From: Gemmatimonadota bacterium
GTDB lineage: Bacteria; Gemmatimonadota; Gemmatimonadetes; Palauibacterales; Palauibacteraceae
DNA: 64,000 nucleotides
NCBI GenBank assembly: GCA_965116475.1
Contig: OZ220691.1
Span: 1,216,001 to 1,280,000, forward strand
Reading direction: 5' to 3'
The stretch's first letter is position 1, and the number at the start of each line of letters is the position of its first letter. The position numbers and the translations under genes are program-made. Of this stretch, positions 48,405 through 56,112 are shown piece after piece. The notes under the pieces are model-generated. The model was given only the letters and a program-made list of their open reading frames with translations, ran no database searches and had not been told where the DNA came from.

Positions 48405-50723
48405 TCACCGCCTCGGCGAGGTGCGCCACGGACTTCCTCGTCGCCAGCCTCGGACCGGGTAGCCGCACGAAGCCTCGGGCGCCGTGCCCGCGAGGAAGAG
48501 TTCGGGCTGGCCCCGACATCCCCACCCGGCGCGCAGGCCGGTCCGGGGCTCGACTTCGACCCATTCCACGCCTGCCGGGAATCGGAAGTCGCTTCCGCCG
48601 TCGCGTCCGAGGACCCGGATGAGGAAGTCCGTGAAGATCGGCTGGGCGGCGCGCGACCCGGAGAGGCCCAGACGCGTCCCGTCGTCGAAGCCGACCCAGA
48701 CGCCGATGGCCAGTTCCGGCGTGTAACCGACGAACCAGGCATCGCGCGAGCCGTTCGTGGTCCCGGACTTTGCCGCGAGGGGACCCCTGTACCCGGCCGC
48801 GCGCACGCCGCTCCCGGTGCCGCGCTCCACCACGCCGCCTAGCGCGGACGTCACGAGGTACGCCTCCGCCGGGCTGATGACGGCCTCGCGATGAAGCTCG
48901 GCCGGTCGGATGGGCTCGCCCTCTCGACCCAGAACCGCGCGGGCGGCGCGCGGAGGCGCCCGTCTTCCCTCCGCCGCGAACACCGCGTAGGCCGCCGTCA
49001 GCTCGAGCAGCGTCACCTCCGAGGCGCCGAGGGCAAGACTCGGATATGGGGCCAGGGGACTCTCGACACCCAGCCGTTGCGCTGTTTCCACGATCCGCTC
49101 GGGACCGACGGCGAGTCCCAGCCGGGCGAACGGCACGTTGCGAGACCCTTCGAGCGCGTCGCGCAGCCGTACGGGACCGAGGAACTCGCGATCCGCGTTG
49201 GCGGGCCGCCACATCCCGGCCGGCGTCTCGAGCGCCAGCGGTTCGTCCCGCAGCGTGGAAGCCAGGGTGAACGGGACGTCCGCCCGCGGATCCAGCGCGG
49301 CCAGCGCCACGATCGGCTTGAAGGCGCTTCCCGGCTGACGCAGCGCGTCCGCGGCGCGGTTGAACTGCGACGTGCCGTAGGAACGTCCGCCGACCATCGC
49401 GAGGATGTCGCCGCTCCGCGGATCGAGGGCGACGAGGGCCGCCTGGAGAGGCCCCGCCTGCTCGCTGAGGCGGGGACGGATGCGCTCGAGCCTCCGGATG
49501 CCGTCCGACACGGCCAGCTCCGCCGCCCGCTGAATCTCCGGCTCCAGTGACGACACGACGGTCAGGCCCGCGCCCTCCAGGCTCAGCGGCCGCGCTCCGG
49601 ACCCCAGCTCTCGCCGCAGGAAGTCCAGGTACCAGCGGGCATCGGCGCTCCGCTCCCGCGGGGAACGGAGCGTCAGACTCGCTTCGAGTTCGGCGTCCAG
49701 CCGGTCCGCGTCGATGTGCCCGAGCGCGTGCATCTGCCGCAGGACCACGTCCCGCCGGGCCCGGGCGCGCTCCGGGTGCCGGTGCGGCGCATACATGCTG
49801 GGACCTCGAATGATCCCCACGAGCATGGCGGACTGCCCCAGCGTCAACCCGGACACGTCGCGGTCGAAGAAGAACGGCGCGGCGCGGCCAACGCCGTGAA
49901 TCGCCACGCCTCGATCCTGCCCGAGGTAGATGTGGTTCACATACGCTTCGAGGAGACGCCGCTTCGAGAACCGCCTCTCCAGGGCCACGGCGATGGCCGC
50001 CTCGCGCGCCTTCCGGAGCAGCGTGCGATCGGTCGACAGGAAGAGCGTGCGCGCGAGCTGCTGGGTGAGCGTGCTGCCGCCTTCAGCGATCCGCCCCTGA
50101 CGCAGGTTCGAGAGCATGGCGCCGGCGATGCGGCGGGGATCCAGCGCGCCGTGTTCGTAGAAACGGCGATCCTCCACGGTCAGGAGCGCGTCGATGAGAT
50201 GGTCGGGCACTTCCTCGAGCCTCACCGGGATGCGGTCGCGGCCGTGCTCGCCGGGCACGGCGCCGATGACCTCGGGATCCAGGATGAGCGTCTCGATGTG
50301 TTGCCCGTCCGCGTCACGAATCGATGCCACGCGACCCGCCCCGGCGTACCCGCGGAACCGGACGCGCACCAACCCGCCGGGATCCATGTAGCCGCCCAGC
50401 CGCAGCGCCCGCCGGCCGAGCCTCAGTTCTCCGCCGCGCCACGCGAACTCTCCGCGGTCGGGTGCGCGCTTCGAAACGGACCGATAGCCGGCTCGCGTCA
50501 GATGGCCTGCGACCTGCCGGGGCTCCGCGCGGTCGCCCGGACGGAGGACCAGCGGCCGAGCGACGACGCGGGTCGGGGAGACCCCATCGATCGCCTCGAA
50601 GTCGCGCACAACCTTTGCCTCGAAACCGAGATACCCGAGCCAGCCCGCCGCGACGACGCCGGCCAGGATCCCCAGCCTCCGCCAGATTCTGCGCCGGCCT
50701 TTCCTGCCTCTCTTGCGTTTCAC
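48405..50723 (-). CDS. Class A penicillin-binding protein (PBP1B-like)
   Basis: EDRRFYEH, GGSTLTQQL, QPGSAFK, SRN, KSGT; UB2H-like insert; start GTG KRKRG. Confidence 0.9.
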   Translation of the reverse strand: MKRKRGRKGRRRIWRRLGILAGVVAAGWLGYLGFEAKVVRDFEAIDGVSPTRVVARPLVLRPGDRAEPRQVAGHLTRAGYRSVSKRAPDRGEFAWRGGELRLGRRALRLGGYMDPGGLVRVRFRGYAGAGRVASIRDADGQHIETLILDPEVIGAVPGEHGRDRIPVRLEEVPDHLIDALLTVEDRRFYEHGALDPRRIAGAMLSNLRQGRIAEGGSTLTQQLARTLFLSTDRTLLRKAREAAIAVALERRFSKRRLLEAYVNHIYLGQDRGVAIHGVGRAAPFFFDRDVSGLTLGQSAMLVGIIRGPSMYAPHRHPERARARRDVVLRQMHALGHIDADRLDAELEASLTLRSPRERSADARWYLDFLRRELGSGARPLSLEGAGLTVVSSLEPEIQRAAELAVSDGIRRLERIRPRLSEQAGPLQAALVALDPRSGDILAMVGGRSYGTSQFNRAADALRQPGSAFKPIVALAALDPRADVPFTLASTLRDEPLALETPAGMWRPANADREFLGPVRLRDALEGSRNVPFARLGLAVGPERIVETAQRLGVESPLAPYPSLALGASEVTLLELTAAYAVFAAEGRRAPPRAARAVLGREGEPIRPAELHREAVISPAEAYLVTSALGGVVERGTGSGVRAAGYRGPLAAKSGTTNGSRDAWFVGYTPELAIGVWVGFDDGTRLGLSGSRAAQPIFTDFLIRVLGRDGGSDFRFPAGVEWVEVEPRTGLRAGWGCRGQPELFLAGTAPEASCGYPVRGWRRGSPWRTSPRR

Positions 50724-50761
50724 ATCGTCTAGGACGCTCCGGGTCGAAAAAAGGTTCCGGA

Positions 50762-51763
50762 TCAGTCGGCCGCTCGCATGTGTGTCGCGAACGTGTCCAG
50801 ATCGATGTTCGAGCCGGAGAGGACGAGGCCGACGCGACGGCCTTCCAGCCTCTCCCGGAGGGGACCGCACGCGGCGGCCAGCGGAGCGGCGGACGCGGGT
50901 TCGGCGACCAGTTTCGCGTCGAGGAACAGCGCTTTAAGGGCGGCGCGGATCGCGTCGTCATCGACGAGCACGACGTCGTCCACGTAGCGCTGCACGAGTC
51001 CGAAGCTGTACGGGGCCGCGTGGGGGGCGCCGAGGCTGTCCGCGATGGTGTCGATGCGATCGAGCGCCACCGGCTCGCCCGCAGCGAGGCTGCGTCGCAT
51101 GGAGTCGGCGCCGACGGGCTCCACGCCGTAGACCCTGCACGCGGGCGCAAGCTGTTTCACGATGCTCGACGTGCCGGAGATGAGACCGCCGCCTCCGATG
51201 GGGACGACGAGCGCGTCGAGGTCGGGAAGCTGTTCCGCGACCTCGAGACCTACGGTCGACGTGCCGAGAACCGTCGCCTCCCCCTCGAACGGGTGGATCG
51301 CGAGCCGGCCCTCTTCCCGGGCAATCTCCTCCATGCGCGCAAAGCCGCTCGCCCCGTCTGCGGCGAACTCGATCTCCGCCCCGAAGTTCCGGCAGCGGGC
51401 GACGCGGGCCGGGTTGGCGGAGGAGAGCATGACGACCCTGGCGGTCGTGCCGCCGGCCCGAGCGGCGTAAGCCACGGAAATGGCATGGTTCCCGGCGCTC
51501 ACGGCCGTGACGCCCCGCCGCAGCGTCTCCGTCTCCGCGCAGAGCACGTTGTTCAGGGCGCCCCGGACCTTGTAGGAACCCGTGCGCTGGAAGAGTTCCA
51601 GCTTGAGAAAGAGCTCGACACCTTCGGGCAGGAAAGCGACGCCGCGGTCGGGAACCCAGCGCCTCACCGGCGTGCGTTCGATCCATTGCGCGACGCGCGC
51701 GCGTGTCTCCCGGCTCTGTGTCGGCGTCGGGGGCCGGGGGCTGGCGGCCGGAGGTTCGGTCAT
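50762..51763 (-). CDS. PLP-dependent threonine/serine dehydratase family
   Basis: KLELFQRTGSYKVRGA, SAGNHA, PIGGGGL, LSGSN. Confidence 0.9.
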   Translation of the reverse strand: MTEPPAASPRPPTPTQSRETRARVAQWIERTPVRRWVPDRGVAFLPEGVELFLKLELFQRTGSYKVRGALNNVLCAETETLRRGVTAVSAGNHAISVAYAARAGGTTARVVMLSSANPARVARCRNFGAEIEFAADGASGFARMEEIAREEGRLAIHPFEGEATVLGTSTVGLEVAEQLPDLDALVVPIGGGGLISGTSSIVKQLAPACRVYGVEPVGADSMRRSLAAGEPVALDRIDTIADSLGAPHAAPYSFGLVQRYVDDVVLVDDDAIRAALKALFLDAKLVAEPASAAPLAAACGPLRERLEGRRVGLVLSGSNIDLDTFATHMRAAD

Positions 51764-51840
51764 GGTTTCCCCGGGGTTGAGGTGGAGCTGGGCGCGGGCC
51801 GGCGCCGGTCGACGGCGCAGGGCCCCGCCGGGTCGCCGGC

Positions 51841-51869
51841 TTGACAAGCTAACGGCGCGATGCGATCCT
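51841..51869 (+). promoter_or_regulatory. his operon promoter
   Basis: TTGACA-N17-GATCCT with TGn extension. Confidence 0.5.
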
Positions 51870-51877
51870 CCGCGCCC

Positions 51878-51940
51878 ATGACGAACACCCATCCGTTTTT
51901 CGGCCATTATTGCTACCACCGCGTGCGCGGAGGCCGGTGA
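51878..51940 (+). CDS. Putative his leader peptide (20 aa)
   Basis: MTNTHPFFGHYCYHRVRGGR*, three His codons, followed by antiterminator/terminator. Confidence 0.6.
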   Translation: MTNTHPFFGHYCYHRVRGGR

Positions 51941-51979
51941 TCGTCTAACTGTATCCCGAACACAGATTGCGAACGATCG

Positions 51980-52008
51980 AAGCCGGCCCGGGGTGGCCGG
52001 CTTTTTTT
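51980..52008 (+). terminator. Attenuator terminator upstream of hisG
   Basis: AAGCCGGCC-CGGGGT-GGCCGGCTT with a run of 7 T. Confidence 0.85.
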
Positions 52009-52051
52009 GTCGCTGCCTCCCCTCCGGCCTCGGCCTTCCCGGGCCCAGGAC

Positions 52052-52918
52052 ATGAACCACAAAACGACAAGACTCGCCCTGCCCAAGGGGCGGATGCAGT
52101 CCGGCGTACTCGAACTGCTGACCGCCGCCGGCGTGCGCGTGGATCTCGGGGAGCGCCGCTACCGCCCGGTCATCTCGGTCCCCGGCTTCGGCGCCAAGCT
52201 GCTAAAGCCGCAGAACGTCGTGGAGATGCTGCATGCGGGATCCCGCGACCTGGGATTCGCGGGCGCCGACTGGGTGGCGGAACTGAACGGATCGCTGGTC
52301 GAACTGCTGGACACGGGGCTCGACCCGGTGCGCGTCGTGGCGGCCGCTCCGACGCAGATCGCCGGGGCGGGACTGCGCGCCGCCGGCCGTCGTCTCACCG
52401 TCGCGTCCGAATACGCGCGGCTTTCCGCGCGCTGGATCGACGAGCGGGGACTCGACGCGACGCTCGTGCGGTCGTACGGGGCGACGGAGGTGTTTCCGCC
52501 GGAGGACGCCGACGTGATCGTCGACAACACCGCGACGGGCGCGACGCTCGACGCCAACGGGCTTGAGATCGTCGACGAACTCATGGCCTCCTCGACCCGC
52601 CTCTACGCGAACCCGCGGGCGCTCGAGGACCCGCGGCACCGCGAGCGAATCGAGAACCTGGTCGTCGTGCTAAAGTCGGTCGTGGAAGCCCGTCAGCGGG
52701 TCATGCTGGAAGTCAACGTGGACGCGGCGCGGCTGGATGACCTGGTGGCCGTGCTCCCCTGCATGCGCAAGCCGACGGTTTCGCGCCTGCACGGTGAAGG
52801 GGGCTACGCCATCCGGGTCGCCGTGCTGCGCGAAGCCCTCCCGGGCCTGATCCCGCGCGTGAAGGCGCGGGGCGGGACCGATCTCGTCGTGACGACGCCG
52901 GGACAGATCGTCGCATGA
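52052..52918 (+). CDS. hisG: ATP phosphoribosyltransferase, long form
   Basis: RLALPKGR, DLGFAGADWVAE, GATE..PPEDADVIVD...TGATL; C-terminal regulatory domain. Confidence 0.95.
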   Translation: MNHKTTRLALPKGRMQSGVLELLTAAGVRVDLGERRYRPVISVPGFGAKLLKPQNVVEMLHAGSRDLGFAGADWVAELNGSLVELLDTGLDPVRVVAAAPTQIAGAGLRAAGRRLTVASEYARLSARWIDERGLDATLVRSYGATEVFPPEDADVIVDNTATGATLDANGLEIVDELMASSTRLYANPRALEDPRHRERIENLVVVLKSVVEARQRVMLEVNVDAARLDDLVAVLPCMRKPTVSRLHGEGGYAIRVAVLREALPGLIPRVKARGGTDLVVTTPGQIVA

Positions 52919-53931
52919 GCGGGATGGCGGTGGCCGCACCACCGGGCGAACGGCTCCGGCTCGATCACAACGAGCGCCTGTTTCCGGCGCCGGAACTCGT
53001 CCGTCTCCTCGCGCGCGTCCCGGCGAGCGCCCTGACGCGGTATCCGGAGACGGCCGCCCTGGAAGAGTCCCTCGGTGCGGTTTTGGGGCTGGACGCCGAC
53101 CGCGTCCTGGTCACGGCGGGGGCGGATGACGCGATCGACCGCGTGTGCCGCCGCTACCTGTCCGGCGGACGCGAGCTGATCACCGTGACCCCCACATTCG
53201 AGATGATCCCGGCTTTCGCGTCGCTCGCGGGCGGCCGCGTGCGGTCGATCCCCACGCTGAACGACCCCGCTCCCCTCGGACCCATACGCGACCGTATCGG
53301 GGGACGGACGGGGCTGGTCGCCGTGATCTCGCCGCACAACCCCACGGGAGAGGCGGTCCCGGCCGCGCGAATCCTCGAGATCGCCGACAGCCTGCCGGAC
53401 GGCGCGGCCCTGCTCGCGGATCTCGCCTACGTCGAGTTCGCCGACCGCGATCCGACGGCGGAACTGCTGGGGCGCGACAACGTCCTCGTCGCGCGGACGC
53501 TGTCCAAGGCCTGGGGCCTCGCGGGGCTTCGGGTGGGGTTCGTGCTGGGCCCGCCCTCGGCGATCGCGGACCTCCGCACCGGCGGTGCGCCCTTCCCTCT
53601 TGCGGCCCCCTCCATCTGGCTGGCGGAGCAGGCGCTGGCGTTGGGCGACCGGGTCACCTCGACGTACGTCGCCGCCGTGCGCCGCGAGCGCGAGAGGCTC
53701 GTCTCGGCGCTGCGCGCGGCGGGGGCGGAGCCCTTCGAGTCGCAGGCGAACTTCGTGCTCGCCTCCACCGACCGGGCCGCCGCCCTGTACCGCGGCTTTC
53801 GGCAGCGGGGCGTCGCGATCCGGCGCTTTCCGAACTTCCCGGACCTGGTCCGGATCACGCTTCCGGGGGACGAGGCGACGTTCCGCCTCCTCCTCCGGGT
53901 GCTCGACACGACGGTTGGACACTTCTCGTGA
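52915..53931 (+). CDS. hisC: Histidinol-phosphate aminotransferase
   Basis: RLDHNE, SPHNPTG, DLAYVEF, RTLSKAWGLAGLRVG, SQANF. Confidence 0.92.
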   Translation: MSGMAVAAPPGERLRLDHNERLFPAPELVRLLARVPASALTRYPETAALEESLGAVLGLDADRVLVTAGADDAIDRVCRRYLSGGRELITVTPTFEMIPAFASLAGGRVRSIPTLNDPAPLGPIRDRIGGRTGLVAVISPHNPTGEAVPAARILEIADSLPDGAALLADLAYVEFADRDPTAELLGRDNVLVARTLSKAWGLAGLRVGFVLGPPSAIADLRTGGAPFPLAAPSIWLAEQALALGDRVTSTYVAAVRRERERLVSALRAAGAEPFESQANFVLASTDRAAALYRGFRQRGVAIRRFPNFPDLVRITLPGDEATFRLLLRVLDTTVGHFS

Positions 53932-53942
53932 AGGGGATTCCC

Positions 53943-54647
53943 ATGAATGCGAATTCCGAAGACAGTCGCTCGGCCGGCGGACGGGTGGGAGAACGGTCCC
54001 GGCGGACGCTCGAGACCCGCATCGAAGCCGGGCTTGATCTGGACTGCCGCGGGCGCAGCCGCATCGACACGGGGCTCGCGTTTCTCGATCACATGATCGG
54101 CGCCTCGGTGTTTCACGCCGGCATGACGCTGGATCTGCGCGCGCAGGGCGACCTCGACATCGACGATCACCACACGGTGGAAGACTGCGGACTCGTGTTC
54201 GGGTCGGTCATCCGCGACGCACTCGGGGACCGGCAGGGGATTCGCCGCTTCGGGTACGCCTACGCGCCGCTCGACGAAGCGCTCGCCCGCGCGGTCGTCG
54301 ACCTCTCCGGGCGTCCCTTCGCCGAGGTGGACCTCGGCCTCCGGCGCGAGATGCTGGGGGCCGTGGCGACCGAGAACCTCAGCCATTTCTTCGCCTCGCT
54401 CGCGACGGCGGGAGGTCTCACGCTGCACGTCGATGTCATCCGCGGAGACAACGACCACCACAGGGCGGAAGCCGCCTTCAAGGCGTTCGGTCTCGCCCTC
54501 GCCGAAGCGGTAGCCGAACGCTCCGCGGCCGGAGTTCCGAGCACGAAAGGGGTGCTCGGATCGGGCGACGTGCCCGCAGGCGACGTGCCCGCAGGCGACA
54601 TGGAAGAGGACTCGGGGGCGGAGACCCTCGAGAGGGTGTCTCGATGA
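53943..54647 (+). CDS. hisB: Imidazoleglycerol-phosphate dehydratase (monofunctional)
   Basis: FLDHM, DDHHTVED, NDHHRAEAAFKAFG, PSTKG. Confidence 0.95.
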   Translation: MNANSEDSRSAGGRVGERSRRTLETRIEAGLDLDCRGRSRIDTGLAFLDHMIGASVFHAGMTLDLRAQGDLDIDDHHTVEDCGLVFGSVIRDALGDRQGIRRFGYAYAPLDEALARAVVDLSGRPFAEVDLGLRREMLGAVATENLSHFFASLATAGGLTLHVDVIRGDNDHHRAEAAFKAFGLALAEAVAERSAAGVPSTKGVLGSGDVPAGDVPAGDMEEDSGAETLERVSR

Positions 54648-55327
54648 GCGCCGCGCGGGTGGCCACGGGCCCGGAAGACGTGGGGATCGTTCCGACCGGA
54701 GTGGCGAACCTGGAGGCGGTGGCGGCCGCCTTCCGGCGGTTGGGGAAGACCCCGCGGCTGCTGGACTCCGCCGCCGGAATATCGCGCGCCGACTACGTCG
54801 TCCTCCCCGGCGTGGGGTCTTTCGCCGGAGGCATGGCGGAGCTGCGCCGGCGCGGATGGGCGGAGGCCGTCTGCGGGCGCGTGGAGGAGGGACGGCCGAC
54901 GCTCGCCATCTGCCTCGGACTGCAGCTTCTGTGCGAGGAGAGCGAGGAAGCTCCGGGCACCGCCGGGCTTGGGTGTGTGCCGGGCCGCGTGGTCCGGCTG
55001 GCGGAGAGTTGCCGGGTTCCCCAGTTGGGCTGGAACCGCGTCGCGGCTCCGGGCGGGACCGCGTTCCTGCGGTCTTCTGTCGTCTACTTCGCCAACTCCT
55101 ACGGGCTCGAAGCGGGTCCCGCCGGCTGGACGGCCGCGATGGGACGGCACGGGAGCCGCTTCGTGGCGGGGCTGGAGCGCGGCGGCGTCCTCGCCTGCCA
55201 GTTCCACCCGGAGTTGTCGGGGAAGGTCGGCGCGGGCCTTCTGAAGCGATGGCTCGAAGAGTCGCCGGGCGCGGCGGAGGCGTTCGAACGGCGCGCGCAA
55301 TGGCCCACGCTCGCGGCGGCATGCTGA
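54644..55327 (+). CDS. hisH: IGP synthase glutaminase subunit
   Basis: LPGVGSF, ICLGLQ, VPQLGWN, QFHPELSG. Confidence 0.93.
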   Translation: MSAARVATGPEDVGIVPTGVANLEAVAAAFRRLGKTPRLLDSAAGISRADYVVLPGVGSFAGGMAELRRRGWAEAVCGRVEEGRPTLAICLGLQLLCEESEEAPGTAGLGCVPGRVVRLAESCRVPQLGWNRVAAPGGTAFLRSSVVYFANSYGLEAGPAGWTAAMGRHGSRFVAGLERGGVLACQFHPELSGKVGAGLLKRWLEESPGAAEAFERRAQWPTLAAAC

Positions 55328-56112
55328 ACGTTCGGGTCATTCCGTGCCTGGACGTGAGGGACGGCAGGGTCGTGAAGGGCGTCCGGTTCGACAACCTCGC
55401 GGATCAGGGCGACCCCGCCCGGCTCGCGCGACGCTACGAGCGCGAGGGGGCGGACGAACTCGTGATCCTCGATGTCTCGGCCACGGCGGAGGGAAGAGTG
55501 GCCCGGTTCGAAACGGTGGGCCGCGTGCGTGACGAGATTTCGATTCCGCTCACGGTCGGCGGCGGCGTGCGGACGGCGGAAGACGCGGGCGCCCTGCTGG
55601 AGGCGGGGGCGGACCGGGTCGCGGTGAACACGGCGGCGGTCGAGCGACCTGAACTCCTGTCGGAGATCGCGAGCCGTTTCGGCGCCCAGTGCGCGGTCCT
55701 GGCGCTGGACGCCGGCGCGGCGGCCGACGAGGGGGACGCCGGCGCGGCCAGCGGGGCGTGTCCGAGCGGCTTCGAGGTTCTGACCCACTCCGGAAGCCGA
55801 CGCACGGGCCTCGATGCCGCGGAGTGGGGCCGCCGCGCGGCGGAGCTGGGCGCGGGCGAGATCCTCCTCACGAGCTTCGACCGCGACGGCACGCGGAGCG
55901 GCTACGACCTGGCCCTGGTCGGCGTCATCCGCGAGGCCGTGCCGGTGCCGATCGTGGCTTCCGGCGGGGGAGCCCATGCGGGTCACATGTGCGCGGCGGT
56001 CGAGGCCGGCGCCGACGCGGTCCTGGCGGCGTCGATTTTCCATCAGGGCGACTGGTCGATCGGCCGACTCAAGGATCGACTGCAGCAGCTCGGCGTCGCG
56101 GTGCGTCGATGA
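55321..56112 (+). CDS. hisF: IGP synthase cyclase subunit
   Basis: RVIPCLDV, GADELVILD, VGGG, GEILLTS.DRDGT, ASGG, LAASIFH. Confidence 0.95.
   Translation: MLNVRVIPCLDVRDGRVVKGVRFDNLADQGDPARLARRYEREGADELVILDVSATAEGRVARFETVGRVRDEISIPLTVGGGVRTAEDAGALLEAGADRVAVNTAAVERPELLSEIASRFGAQCAVLALDAGAAADEGDAGAASGACPSGFEVLTHSGSRRTGLDAAEWGRRAAELGAGEILLTSFDRDGTRSGYDLALVGVIREAVPVPIVASGGGAHAGHMCAAVEAGADAVLAASIFHQGDWSIGRLKDRLQQLGVAVRR

Noticed and set aside
54563..54600. 15-nt tandem repeat GGCGACGTGCCCGCA
   Set aside because: In-frame duplication in the disordered HisB tail
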